Made by a program: the position numbers and the translations under genes. Shown in pieces: positions 23,927-38,732 of a stretch of 64,000 nucleotides of DNA. Source of the stretch: Dimorphilus gyrociliatus (Eukaryota; Animalia; Annelida); assembly GCA_904063045.1 (NCBI GenBank), contig CAJFCJ010000007.1, positions 62,001 to 126,000 of the forward strand, written 5' to 3'. The notes beneath the pieces were generated by a model. The model was not told where the DNA came from and did no database searches. It saw only the letters and a program-made list of their open reading frames with translations. The first letter of the stretch is position 1, and each line of letters starts with the position of its first letter.

Positions 23927-25274
23927 TAATCATAAAAAAAAACAAATTCAATAATTCCAACCATTCAAACAAATGAACAGGAAAAATCTTATACTTTTTA
24001 TCATGAGAGTTATGCAATGAGACATGGATGTTAAAGTACTTTCCAATGTATCCATTTTACTGCAATGGTAAAATATAAAAATTGAATACAATACAGTATA
24101 TCGAAAGTGTAATATAAAAAATATAATAAACGAAAAAACCTCTTTATTTTACAGTTGTTTCTTGTCTTTTAATATTTCTTTTTTGTAGAAAAAAGTGTAA
24201 TTGATCTTTTAAGAGGAAGCCTCTTTAGGTTGCTTTTAAGTAGTTAATCCTTTATTATCTTACTACTCATTTAAATGTAAAACGTCTATTATTTTAGGTA
24301 TATTTTTTTCTCTGTCTTTTTTTTTGTTGATGTTGTTAACACTTTGTTTTTGATAAGAAAAAACATATTTAATAGCTTTTTAACTACGTAATTATCAGCA
24401 AAAAATGAATCAATTAAAGAGTAGAAAGAAAAAACTGTAACTATCTTGGTGAGCAGTCTCATATTCAGATGTTTATCATTTTACCACTTTTATCCTATTC
24501 TCTAAAATATCTTTTTTACATTTAGTAAAAGAAATTATAAAGATTAAATGGAATTATTTTCGAATTACTGTAATTTGTTCGTAATACTTGTTTACAGAAA
24601 TAATATTGAACGTTATATAAACTCTTCTTTTTCTTTCTAAAAGTAACATTATAAACAAAAAATAACCTTTATAAAACATCGAAAGTAGTGTAGAAAAGAG
24701 ATTTTTCCCACGTCTGCTTTATTTTACTGAACGATTTTTCTTCCCCCTTGCGTAAGAGATGGGCGAGAGACAGAGAGAGAGAGAGAGAGGGAGAGAGTAT
24801 CTGAAGAATTACTTTCAAATATGATGCTATCTTTTGATCAATTACAAATTATTGCTCGAGGTTTGTAAGTAAGGGATACGTTGATGGAGAAGAGGTGAAA
24901 GTAACACATTGAAGAAGATATTCTATTTTGTTTTAATTGAAATGTAGAAATACTGTACATTAACAAGAAATTGTAATCAAATTTATGCTTAAAGCAGTAA
25001 TTATTTATAGCATATAATTTTACATATATAAGCAGAATGTATGAAAGTATTAAAGGAAATCAAAATATATATATATTAATTTATATAAAGCTACACAATT
25101 AAGTTGAATAATAGTTAAAAACTGTTATATTGTATAGCTATGTCTTTTTTAAAATAGCTCAAACAAGCCAAATTAAACGATATAATAAAATCCTTCATGA
25201 TAAAATAAAAATACTTTTAGAAAGAGGATTTTCATATCAAAGAAAACTCTCTGCTAGCAATTAAACTTTAAAGT

Positions 25275-28200
25275 CTATAAACAACTTTCATCCACTTCTT
25301 TTCCCGAAGAAGCTGGTAATCTGTTATGACTCCTTGACGTTGCACGACTAGAGCTATTTTCGCTAGACTCTTCCATAATCTTTCGTAATTCTTTTGAATA
25401 CTTGTGTAAATCGGTATTTTGATATTTACCGTCCCTGATAATCTTTGCGCAATTTTTACAAAGAGTACCATCAAATTTGTTGGTGGCATTTGAATAATGG
25501 TAATTGGCGTATGACAGTTTAGTCGTTGCTGTTTGAGAGGAGTTAGCACAATTTCTATAGCGAGTTTGATGAGTTGTTGGGTATTTCTGTTGATTTCTTA
25601 CAGAATTCTCGCAACATGGGCAAAATTTTTTCAGCATTTTACTACTGAAAAGCACATATATCCATGGATTTACGCAAGCGTTGAAATTTCCCAATAATAC
25701 GCACACAATGAAAGCTTTTTCTGTACGGAGAATAATAATAATAATAAATATACATTCTTAAAGAATTCTATTAGGCCTATATACTATAGTTGTTTTTAAA
25801 CCTAACTTTTAAATTAATTTGCATATACTTGAAGATAAAAGAATAAAATCTAGTTAATTTTGATTTGATAGAATAAAAGATAAAATATTAAAAAAACAAA
25901 TATAAGGATGAAACGGAGACAAAGACAGTAAAAGAGAGAGAGAGCCGAATTTCATGAAAAACAATACTGTTAATTAATACTTATCTTTTATCAAAAGTGT
26001 CAAACTAAATAAACAAATCACTTTTTTATATTTAAGTTGATATACTAGCAAGCGTCTACGCCATCTTTGGGATGTTTTACTTATCAGTTATATTAAAAAG
26101 AATTAGGCGAAACGGTAATTCTCTTTTTTTTTGTTTCACTTGATTAAACTTACAGTTTGAATAATTGTGTAATTAAATCAAAGGCCCTTCATTAAGAATG
26201 TACTCAAAGTATAATAAAGTATGAATGTTATAAAGCTTCTTCGTCAGCGCTTATAGAAAGAGTTAAATTTGTACGATACTTACCACCAATTATCTCCCAT
26301 TTCGGAGCGATAATCCAAATTAGATGTGTTGCAAAAAATGGACCCCAACACACCAAATAGGTCAGGCAGACGACAATTGCTAATTTAATCGTCTTCAACT
26401 TCGCTTTAGACATAGCTAAATTGCTGTTTTTACGAACTTCCTGAACGGAATCGCACAAACTGCAATTTACTCGGCCCTTGGTTATCACTGATATATGACC
26501 CGTTCCGTTAAACTTGTATACAACTGTACCGCAAGCCAATTTTTGAGGATCATTCTTCCAGATTGTATATCCGATTCTTCCATAAAAGTAGACAAAAGTG
26601 AAAAATGGAATGACATAAATTGTAACAAAAAATAAGCAAGTATATATAGCCACATTTCTATTTGCAACATGATTTCCCCCAAAGTTTGCTTTGCACGTGT
26701 TTTTTATGTCAGGATCCGTAGACCAGATAAACAGTTGCGGTAAAGATAAGAGTCCAGCCGGAATCCACGGTAAAATTATCATCTTAAACCGATTTTCGGC
26801 AGAAGATAGCTTTTTTAAGGGTCGACATAAAGCCATATAACGGTCATATCCGATAGTAACCAAAATAAATGAGCTTAGAAACATTGATAGTGTTGTCATG
26901 TACTTAAAGTATGAGCCAACTAAATGAATTATGCGTTAAAACGAATGGTTGAGTCTTAATAAAACAGTAGAATATTTTATAGTTTAAACGTTTGTTTATA
27001 GAATAATCAATTATCATGTCGTCAAAATTTCCCTATTTTCCCACAGCGTTTAGATGTTTCTTAATTTTTGTTTTTTTTTTATATATTCCATTAATTAGGC
27101 ATAGTAAACTACAAAAATGATATTCTTGTACGATATTTAATAATTGATATGTTATTTTTGTTAAGGGTAAGTAATATAACACCTAAGGCAATACGTTTTT
27201 GTATTTTCATATTCGTTTTCATGTTCATTTACAGTTTTGGGATAAGCCATTATCACGCTTGATTAATACTCTCACGAGGTGTTTTCCTTTAATTCCAACG
27301 ACAAAGCATAAATTCCCTCTTACTCACTCGCACACTCGCCCACTTTCCATCTCTGACAATATCTTCTCTCTCGTCTCCCTTCCCCCCCTCTCTCTCTCTC
27401 TTTTATCCTGTACTTCTTTCCCCGCTGTTTTATGCTCATTTATCTACTTCTATTTTAACCTTGCTCGTTACTTCCTGAAAATTTTTTCCCCTTTCTCTGA
27501 CTATCTTATAACTATATAACGAAAAACAGATAAGACAAATATTTTAATTAAGCATATATAAAGATAATTTGTAATTTTGCGGGAGAATAAGAAATATCTT
27601 CATCTCAAGTTTTCATATATAATAACTGGATATTTTTGCCATTTCCCTTTTCACGAGAAATATCGTGAAGTATAATGAAACACTACAGTCTACTATTCAA
27701 CTTTTTATCAACGAACCATTAGACATTCACCTACAAACAATATTTGTCTATTCGTCTGTCACTTTATTATTGAAAAGAAAAACATCTCATTTCGTTCTTT
27801 GTTGTCAGAAATGAAAAAAGTTGTAGAAAATGAGTAACGTGTGCTGCAAAATCTCAATTTTTCACCTAAGAAATACTCGACTAAAAGAAAGGGCAAAAAA
27901 GGTAATAATAACTTTATTTAAATAATGAAATTCTTTTATTCTAACAAAAAAAAAGTAGTCTAATTTTATATTAAGACCAAAAGAAATATAGACAAAGAGA
28001 CAAGATGAGAGAGAATGAGTTAATTCTTAGTTAAAGGGACCAGAAGCGGTTATTTAGTACAACTATTAATGTATACTAATATATATATATATACTTAAAG
28101 GTGCATATAGACTCTCTGAATTAGAAATCATCAGTACTTCAACAAAAAAGCAAGTATGTAAATCTATAGAAGAAAGCTATTATCTCACCATACTACATAT

Positions 28201-31200
28201 ATACATATTTTTTAAGACTAAGAAAAAATGAAATTCAAAGAAGGCTATATAATTTGAAGGAACAAAAAGAAGAAACTATATAATATACAGTATACAATAC
28301 ATTAGTAAAATGAAAATATAGGAAATATATATTTTGATAATCTTGCTAGAGTGCACATGTGTTTTAAAGGTAAAATAAACTAAAGCTATGATATGGTTTT
28401 GTTATTTGTGATTATTAGAAAAGGCTAGAGTTAAAAAATAATATACAAAAAATATTATCAGGTTACATTAATATGACATAAACAAAGATTTCAATTTATT
28501 ATTCAATAGTATAAGTAAATAATCAAATGCTTTTAGAGTGTGTAATATAATACATAACCTTCTTAGTTTTTTTCTACTGGAGACGGGAAATTTGTGATAA
28601 TCAAAATAAATTTAATTTTGATTGATAAAGCATGTGTTTTCTTCTTCTTCTTCTTCTTCTTCTTCCGCTTTTTGCTTTTATATTTCTTTATCTTTTTATT
28701 CGATTCTTAGAAAATATAACTATTGTATATACCCTGAGCTAAGTGAATCCATTCAACTTCTTGGCATCTCTCTTGCTGAAAATTTGGATAAAGAAGAAAA
28801 CCAGTCATGAAAATCTCAAAGAAATTTTCATTGTATAGGTTTCATTCGTTAGTTATTCTTTCTAGATTGAAAAGGGTATTAGCTTGAGAGTCTGTGTTCA
28901 TATCGTAAGATTTAACTGATGTTCGTAACATATGCTAATTAATGAATGAGTAAAAGAATTTATAGAGCATTAGGAGAATAAGAATATCTCAAATTCCCCA
29001 AGGACTAATTATACGGTTATTTATTACTAATTGAACTCGATTATTTCTACGCGGTAAGCATAATTGCAATAAATTTTCTTGTTAAACAGCGAAGTAAATA
29101 AATTGACCAAATTTGCATTCTTCTATCTCTGCTCTAAATGATCTTACTCTTTCATTTGTCTTTATAATACAAGTTATTTATTTACAAAAAAAAATCAATA
29201 GGATACACTTATAGCCATGAAAACGAAGTTTAATTTTAACATATTTAAGACTAATCGAAAATAATGAACAGTCGCGTAGTTTTTATTCGAAAAATGTCTT
29301 ATTTATTAAGAAAGAAAAGAAAAACTTTTAGCATTAAATATATGATTAGCATCCCTCCGGGACAATTATAAGCTTTTAGTAGTAAGCCACAAGCGATAGT
29401 AAAGTTTTTTCTATCTATCTTTCCTTCTTTTTTTTTCCCTCGCTCATTCACTTACTCATGGCGTGCCCCTCGCTTTCTCGCTCTCTCTCTCTCTCAACCT
29501 CTCTATTCCCTTTATCTCACCCTTGCTCTCTATCTTTCCAGCTCATGTTCTTCATCTCTTGTCTTTTAGTTGCAACATTGATTGAAATCGATAAATCTGA
29601 CAAATTTCAATTCTTGACTCACAAATATATAATACGCAGTTTGTATTGTTGTCTTTATATATATTAATAATTGGAAAAATACTGCTATTTCTGATCTTAA
29701 AAAATTATAACCACTTTTTTGTTGTTGATGTCTGCCTTTAAAATAATTAATTCTAAATAAACTTTTCTAAATACTCCATACAAAGAGACTTTTGAGAAAA
29801 GCGTCTTTTCTAGACTTTAGCAATATTTAAAAATTGTAAACGAAATATGATGAGTATTAAATGTTAAAAACTAGTTTCTTAAAGGTTATTCTCCTATTTG
29901 TAGCAAAGTACAAAAGAAGACAAGAAAAAATGAGAAGGAATAAATTAAATAAGTTAATTAGTAACATTAACAGGCTACTATGAATAGTATACTGTAATGA
30001 GGAATTAAAATATTTCGTTATTAACAGTTAATTAGATATATCATTATACTAATATATATCAATTTATATATAGATATATAGAGTATATATTTAGAAAAAA
30101 AATGCTTTTTTGTATCTCAATTTAGCTTTCTTGCTGTCATTTTGAAAGATTTGTTCGTCGTTCTTTATGCTTTATATCGCAAGGAATCTATAAGATCTGT
30201 TATAAATTTAAGATCTATCTAAACTGCTGTCATATAACCGGTTTAATAATACAATTACTTAAATAACTGCCTGTATTACATGGTTTTTGTAAAATGCGTC
30301 GGTTACTGTAAACGAAGCTTCTTCTGATAAATACATTTATAAAATCGTCTCTAACACTGGGGATGAATTAATGGGTGACGCTAAGTAAGTGTTATGGCAC
30401 ATATTGGATCCTAATTAAATTTATTTAGGAAATTTTGTTAGAAATAGAAAGAATAAACTATTTTCGGTAATCAAAGTTGATTGATGTAGTTTGACAGTAA
30501 AATAAGATGGAATGGAAAAGTGGGGAGAGGCTATAGAGACGAGGTGGAGAGAAAATAAACTTTTAAGAGTCACTATATGGACTAGTGAAGCGAGAAACTC
30601 CTGAAGGAATAAAACTCTTGGTCAATGCAGTTGCTATAATAATAGATGTGTTAGAGAAAAAGGAATTACTAAGCTGTAAAATATAAAAAGAGAAAAAATG
30701 TTCATTTTCTTTATTCTAAACATGTGAACGGAGTGCTTTCTACCTTTTTCTTCTTTGTCTCTAATATTATATTTTTAATATACAACATGCATTTGATAAA
30801 CAGCTTATAATAGACTTTATTCATTAAAATCTTTTATATTAATGATTTCTATGTTAATTAGGGTTCAAAGGTTTTGACATAATGTCAATTTTCATATTTT
30901 TCGGATAATTGACTTTGAAAAATTTTCCCTTTAATGATTCTATTATTATTACTGTTTAATAGTATTAATGGTATGGTACTCTTTCTATATCTATTAATTT
31001 GTATTAAGGGTTTTTTATACTATATACACTTGACATAATACTTTGAATATTCTTTAATATTTGATGGATAATTAGATAATTAAGAGATTATATTACTTTA
31101 TAGGAAAAAAATTATTTTGACTCATACTTTAACGAATTTACAGCAACCATTAGAACCGTAAAATAATAATATGCTCTCATCGTATTGGCTCGCGTACTGC

Positions 31201-31430
31201 AGACAGTGCTCGATCAATTGCGGTCCAACCTGAAAAATTGCTACGAGCAGGTCGGCCAAGCATAAATGGAGGATTAGGACGTGAATTCTGCTCGTTTTTC
31301 TTTTTTGCAGTAATAGTAAAGTAACAAGAAAGAAGTTTGCAAAAACAATAAAACAGAATAGAATTGCTTGAACAACAACTTCAGTTAATCTATTATCAAT
31401 TCGAGTTGGAATTGTCGAATTGTTCGACAT
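25275..31430 (-). CDS. Vasopressin/oxytocin-family neuropeptide GPCR (annetocin/conopressin receptor-like), 455 aa, 3 coding exons
   Basis: Exons 31430-31128, 26902-26284 and 25720-25275 give 456 codons. It has HLCLADLLVAIFQVGPQL, GYDRYMALCRP, SLPQL, SKAKLKTIKL, CWGPFF and NACVNPWIY, which are hallmark motifs of the VP/OT receptor clade. Confidence 0.88.
28639..28665 (+). repeat. (TTC)n trinucleotide repeat in receptor intron
   Basis: About 9 TTC units, read directly. Confidence 0.9.
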
Positions 31431-32094
31431 GATGAAAAGAATCTGTAAAAATTGACTATTGTGAAATATTTATTAACGTTGGTCAATGAGATTCTTATGA
31501 TACAACTTGAATGACTTATTGATTTATAGACAAAATTATTTTAACACTTTTCTAGCTTTCATGAATTCTAAATATCTTTTTTATAAAAAATAATACTTTC
31601 TAGTTCATAATATATAGCAGAGCTTGTCTGGGATAGTCTACATTCGTTAATCCTCTTAAAGGATTAATAGAACAACTTTTATTGGCCATTAATTTGTCGT
31701 TGGTCCAAGAAATCTATCATTTACACATGCGAATGATTTCCTTTTTCTCTGCACTTTTCTACATCCTTAGCTTTCTTCCTTAGTCTTAAAAAAGACTAAG
31801 AGAAAAATTTAACATTTTCAAAAGTTTTATTAAAATTTTTAGAGTTCAACGGAAAAGGTAATAAGCACTATTAAAAAAGTTAAAAGTGAAAACAACTTAC
31901 TTAACCGTTGAAACGTGATCAACCCTATGAGAAAGAACTAGATTCTCAATGACGCTCTTGATAGTTGTTTGTTCAGGGCAAGAATTTTAGCCATTTTCAA
32001 ATAATGCTACCTAATCTTTTTCTCACATATAATTGCTCAAATTCCCTTTGGTTATCCTTCCTTTTTTTCTTCTTTTTCGTACTCTTCTCCTCCT

Positions 32095-32095
32095 C

Positions 32096-32120
<25 letters not shown>
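32095..32120 (+). repeat. (TC)n microsatellite upstream of the VP/OT receptor
   Basis: Read directly, within a pyrimidine-rich block. Confidence 0.9.
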
Positions 32121-32126
<6 letters not shown>

Positions 32127-35100
32127 TTTCTTTTTTTTTGCTCTCTCTCGTCCTTTTTTGGTTTTTCTTTTTCACTTGATCATTAACACAGTTTCACAAT
32201 ATCCTTGTCTTTAGCTCTTGCTCTCCTCTCGAACTCTTTCTGCTCACTCGTTCTTTCCCTATAACATAATTTTCTTTCTTTTCCCGTCAGGGGGGGTAGG
32301 AAGCAGTTTGGCTAGATGGCAGTCTTCGGTGAAGGGTAAAACGATATTATTGGATCTTCTCTGTCCAATTGTATACCAATTTAGAAGAAACTTCTAAAAA
32401 AAATAATAATAAATATGAACTCAGCCAACAGTTATCAGTTATCAATCTTCTGCATAGGTCATATTTTGTCTGTAATGCAATTCATCTACAACCTAATGAC
32501 TAACCTTTCAAAAATTTATCTTAGTTAAAAGTTATATAATTTAAAAGACCCTGCACTTGTGTCAATGTGACAAACAAAGAAACAAAACGAAACGTTTTTT
32601 TCTTGAGTATTTGGTGTTTATAAAATTTAAAGATAATATCTTGTTCTGAGTATAGTATGTATAGAAACAGCTTGGTTAGAGGGCATGCTGGATTCGATTT
32701 TCCAACAAAATTGACATTTTTAATACGGGACCGACCTAAATAGACAGGTGCGCTTAGATTTAAAGGGTTGTGTTTTGTACTTAAATATTTAGTTAAAAAG
32801 AAAAAAATTCCAGCACTTTTGTATAATCTTATTCCACCGTGTGTATCAATTCAGTAGACCATAATAATAACAACTGAAGGACCAATATATACTCCCTTTT
32901 AGCCCCTTTTAACTCAAATGCACGAAGGAAATAACAATTTAACCTCGTAAAGTTACAATAGAAACCTAAGGTACGAGTTTTTTAATTTAATTCCCTATTT
33001 TTTAAATTTCTATCAATTAAAATAAATTTATTCAGATCAAAGATTTTCAATTTTCTTACATAAATAAAAAAGAGAAAATATCAAAAGAGAAAAAGAGAGT
33101 GAAAAGGTAAATTTATGTAAATTAGTGGTCTATAATTTGTTATCCTTTTCATTATACAAAAAGAGATTCATCATGTTGTATGTTCTTCAGATATAAAGAG
33201 AAGATAGATTCTTGAATCGCTTCTATGTGTTAATATAAGGAAATTTAAAATTCTTGAAGAGGAGACTTAATGTAGTTTTGTGTTTAAGTATACTTACTGT
33301 TCTTTTTTATATGTATATACTGTACATATACTGTATATTGTGCGCGTGTATATGAAACGTAATAAATTTTTAGGTTGTCTCTTCTAGACATATCAACCGT
33401 TCAACCGTAAACAATTACGAAATCCATAACCCTATCATTCTTATTTTTTCGGCTTAATAATAAACTAATTGTCCGAATATTTCTCTTCAGCCTGTTTCTC
33501 TATTCATTTCTTTATATCTTCAAAAATACCACCACCGCCACCGTGTGTCACGCCACAACTGTTGTATATTTATGAACCCGAAAAATGGCATTTAAGAGGT
33601 AAAATTCATAACCATGCGAACTGTAAATTATGTGTTTATATATACAGTATATATATATGTATATATATATATATTAGTATATACAATTAAATGAATAAAA
33701 ATCTGCTATAAAATGATTTAAGACTGTATATCTACCTACACAAAGGTATTTTTACATTCCCTCTCTTTTCCCCACCCTTTACTCTATCTGGAATACAATA
33801 ACCCTTGAACGCGGTAAAATAAAATCGTATTAACAACTAAAATGGCTTGCCATTGATAAAAAAAATTTAGTATCGAGTTCACGCGTCAATTGTTGTAGCA
33901 TTGAAATTGCTTTAGAATTTAAGGTTTTTGAATTTTTACCTGTCTAAGAAAACAGAACTTCTCTTTCTAATAATTATTTTTTTATATTATATATATATAT
34001 ATATATTTATATAAATATGTATTTAGTTTACATTATAATGAGAAATATAGTCCTTTTTAATTGACTTTATTCCAAATTCTAATCATTTCAATGCGTGATT
34101 TGTTTGTTAATCAAGCACAGGCTGTGTTAATTATATAAATAAACATGATCTTGTACAGGATGAACAGCTCATGAGTTGTTAACAAATGCTTTTCTTCAGT
34201 TGCATACTGTAATTTCGAATAAGTATACAAATTAAATGGACGTATTTCTAAACTACATTTTTTAGGTTGATGTTAAGTATGTACTGCCAATACTGTATAG
34301 TGCAATAAGTATTGTATATATAATACGTCAGTTTGTTGTAAGGAATTAAACGAATAAAATTAATAGTAATGTAGCACATATAGATAATTTTACAAGTAAT
34401 TCTTGAAAACGTGTCAATACAAGTTATATTTGCAAAATATAAGAATACATGTAAATATACTAATATATATGATTAGTATATATACAATATACAGTATATA
34501 CATATATATATATATTTATGATAAATGCAATTGTAACAATATATAAATTTTCCTGGATAATGTAGACTTTACCAACAGCATGTTTTTTGACAAACCAGAT
34601 TTTGCGGGGTTTGGTTTTTTTAAAAGGAAGAATAAATGAGTTAATTTGCAGCATTTACCTCTTTTATTGCGTTTGTTCTGATATAAATATTTATGCGTTT
34701 CAAAGTAGTATACTATTATCCTAACAGTATTGATAAGCCATTAAATAGTCAACAGCGACATTTTGATCTATTTTGGGAAACTTAACTTTTCAAGTTGCTT
34801 TCAAATAGACAATGCAAATCAGTCTTTTAGTCTAGTCTTTTAGAAAAAAATTGAAATATTTACGTAGTAAGTTAGCCCAATATATATATGCAATAATAAA
34901 GTTTAAATATTCTTATATTTATTCAATCAAGATTTTTTAATTCATATTCACCACAAAATGCTATAAGTTATATTGAAAAAAAAAGTCTTGTAATCTATTA
35001 ATCTCTTTAAAAAGAACGACTAACAAATAGATACCTTTATTACAAATGTGTTTATATAGCTGTAACTTTGTGTTTATCACGCGAAAACAGACGACTATGA

Positions 35101-35341
35101 CATATGAATATATGTGTATATATAATTTAATAATTATTAAATAATTGTTGTACCATCATATTTAGATTTTAGAATAAATATCATATTTTTTCAAAGATAT
35201 TAAAATGTAACAATTAACTGGAATTAATTAATTCTAAAATAATTCATTTTACTTCTATTATGTAAAGGAAATGTCAATTTTTTATAATGATTAATTGCAG
35301 GTTGATAGAGAATTGTTCTCCTTAAGAAATATCTATTATTC

Positions 35342-35347
<6 letters not shown>

Positions 35348-35383
<36 letters not shown>
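35348..35383. repeat. (TA)n microsatellite
   Basis: About 18 units, read directly. Confidence 0.9.
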
Positions 35384-35388
<5 letters not shown>

Positions 35389-35717
35389 ATAAGAAAGAAT
35401 CTATAACCTAATTTTTATCATTTTCAATCGGCGAACTTTTCGTAAATCGTAAATCAATATATATTATTACTAACCGATTCATCAAAAAGCTTTTCTTATA
35501 TAGAATATTCAAGCTATTTATGACAGTATGAAAAGGAATGGAAAAAATAACAAGAATATCTTTGCTATCCTAATCGTTTAGATCAATGCTCTATTTCTAT
35601 TTTAGTCATTAACTACCGAATACATTATGCATTCTGTTTATTTTAATGTGACATATATTACTAAATATAAGTGTATATATATGTCAGACGGTGATAATGA
35701 AAGAGAATAAGCTCTGC

Positions 35718-35748
<31 letters not shown>

Positions 35749-36562
35749 AGTTTACTTAGAAATATGTAATCTATACAATGTATATATTTTACGACAGAAT
35801 AGCACTCTCCTTATCATTCTATATTGTTAAATATTCTTTTCTCCATATTTTTTTTAATAGTAATTTCATATATCAATTGGAATGTTTCGTCCATAGCTGT
35901 TAAACCTTTCCTATAAAGTTAGCAGACCCGTAGTTGGCGATTTATCTATTGCAAGACAACTACCGACACTGCTATACGTATAGAAAAGATATGGCTGAAA
36001 GAAATATCGCATTGAAATCTCCTCATAAAATCTCTTAAACCAAAAGATATCTTTAACAACTGTATATAAAAAAATTTAAGATAAATTTTCTATTAAACAT
36101 ACCAATTCTCTTATTTGAAGAAATTTCGTAGTTGATTGTACGATGTGTTACAACGAAGTGAATAAGAATTGAAGAAACATTTTGAAAGGCGCCAACCAGT
36201 AGACCGTTGATGATCAATGGATCATTTCGATTCCTCATTCGAAATAGCATTTACCTCAAATACCTATTATCACTCTTTTATCAAGCATATTATCTTATCT
36301 AATTTTATGGTATTTCATATTTTTATTAATAAATACATTTTTAAATTTTTTAATATAGATTCCATTTCGGTAAGTTGAATTTTATTTTGGGCGATATTAG
36401 CCAGAGCACAGCCTTCAATATTCTGCCTAAAATTCGTTTAAGGCTGTTACATTGTGATAGCGCCGCCGTTGTTGAATAGGTATTCAAGTCGCTACAGACA
36501 TTTTTCGGCTTTTTATAATTTGAATGGCTGACAGTGAGCAATGGCTTTTTTTCATACAAGCA

Positions 36563-36567
<5 letters not shown>

Positions 36568-36606
<39 letters not shown>
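36568..36606 (+). repeat. (AG)n microsatellite
   Basis: About 19 units, read directly. Confidence 0.95.
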
Positions 36607-36613
<7 letters not shown>

Positions 36614-37058
36614 TATAACAGAAGGACTAAACAATGGGGAAAAAAGGCTATATCATGTTTTGCCTATTTTAATTGAAAGTAAAATCTTTATAATAAAATT
36701 TTATCTCTTTTAATTTTATTTGTTATAAATATAAATACTAGTTTTTTGGCAATTTTCACATTTTTTATCAAAAAAAGAGAGAGAAAAGATAAAATTTAAA
36801 ATAAAAAAACAAAACAAGGAGGAGACTAGAAAGATGTTTTCCTGAAAACCGATATGGTGTTGATTTAATGTCAACGTCCTCTCCCTTACATGCATCGGGT
36901 CAATTGGAATTGATTTTTTTTTTTTTTGTTTTGGAAGTTTTTCTTTTAAAAATTTCTTTTCTCTTCTTGCTTGAGATCTTTTCTATTTTTCTAGATCTTT
37001 TTGTTGTACAGTACTCTCATTCTATATCCTTTTGTCTATCTCGCGCTTATATATATAG

Positions 37059-37059
<1 letters not shown>

Positions 37060-37101
<42 letters not shown>
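37060..37101. repeat. (TA)n microsatellite
   Basis: About 21 units, read directly. Confidence 0.95.
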
Positions 37102-37102
<1 letters not shown>

Positions 37103-38692
37103 TGTATATACATCTACACCCACGACTTTGATTCCTAAATCTCTTACCTTTCCTGCTTTATTACACATGTACCTCTTAACGCGCCAATATTGTATTAGCG
37201 CCATCTATACCTCACGACAAATAGTTGTTGTTTTGAGCCCTAAGGCTAATGCCCTTCTCAAATCTCTGTACTTTCACTCCCTTCTCATAACTCCAAGTTC
37301 CTTTCTTATTCGTTCTCAATACCCTATTTTTAAGCTGTTCTCTAACGATTTACTTTATTATCCTTTCCAACATACTTGATTACATTTCATCTTACTACTA
37401 TATACCTCCAGTATTAAAAGTCCACTTTTTTATTATACATAATGGTTTCATTGTAAAAGGGAAAAATATTTACAATAGAATAAAATTAAAAAGGATTTAT
37501 TTCATCATGGATATTGCCCTTTCTTTAATTTTATTTTAAGAGTTAATTATTCACAAAAAGAAATACATGTTTCAGATATTTTCTGTCGTTGTAAGAAAAT
37601 AATTAATTAAACTATAAGGGAAAATTTAAAGCAAAATATATACTCTATAAATACAATATGTAAAGCTGTTTATGACTTCTATCTAAAGGAGAACAGATTT
37701 AATTTTAATAAAAATAAAACAGTACTGGATAATTAATTTCCATTTAAGAATTAGAGTAAAAAGACGGATGTATCTTCCTTAAAAAAAAATGTCATCTTAA
37801 AAATTTTCAAAACCATTATTACATTACATTATTCTATAAATATAATCAATTATTTAAAAAGCTGACGAAATCTTTACACGAACTACTTTACTTTATTTCA
37901 ATACGAAAATTTTGGAGTTGAGTTTTACCTTTCATCAACTTCAGAAATATTATCTTTTCCTAATATTATTTTTACTACAAAATGCATCGATTAGATATTT
38001 TTAACTTAAAATGAAGAGAAAGATAGAAAGAGAGAGAGAGAGAGAGAAAAGAAAAATTATTTTAATCTATTTTCAAGAAAGAATCTATAAATATTGAACG
38101 AAAAAACTAAGGAAATTATAAAAATATTAATTATATCATTAACTTTCTCTCGTTTTGAATATTTTACAAATTTCTCTGCCACTATATACAGTATGATTGC
38201 TTCCTTGAAGTGTTCCTAGCGAGATTAATTATATTAGAGCCACGTGTAATAGATATAATATTCTATTTTAATTTGTGACTAATTTTAAATATTGATTAAA
38301 AATCTAAATATACTACTCACACCATTATTACAAATATTATGTATTAATTTATAAATTAACGTCATTTTGTCATTTTATACATTAAAAACTTTTTATCATT
38401 ATTATTATTTTGCACGGAAACGATAAATTTGTAACTAATTACATAGTAGATCCCTTTTAAAACTATCCATGTTAAACGATCGTGCTATCTCTGATTTTTA
38501 TTCCTCAACAGCTGTCTATTCCAATAATGTTTATAAATAACAACTTTCATAAGCAAACTCGTTAAACAGAGCAATTTTAATATTATAGACTATTCTCTTT
38601 GTTATTTCTTTTCATCCCATGTTTCAATATGCTGCAAAAGCTTTGTCTCTGTCTACAAACTATCATCTATCATCATTCTCTACTGCCCATTT

Positions 38693-38732
<40 letters not shown>

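Noticed and set aside
25268-26682. Alternative-frame ORFs 25268..25549 and 26485..26682
   Set aside because: They overlap the receptor exons in other frames and have no motifs.
32670-32705. tRNA T-loop-like GGATTCGATTTTCC
   Set aside because: No acceptor stem, D-arm or anticodon arm can be formed.
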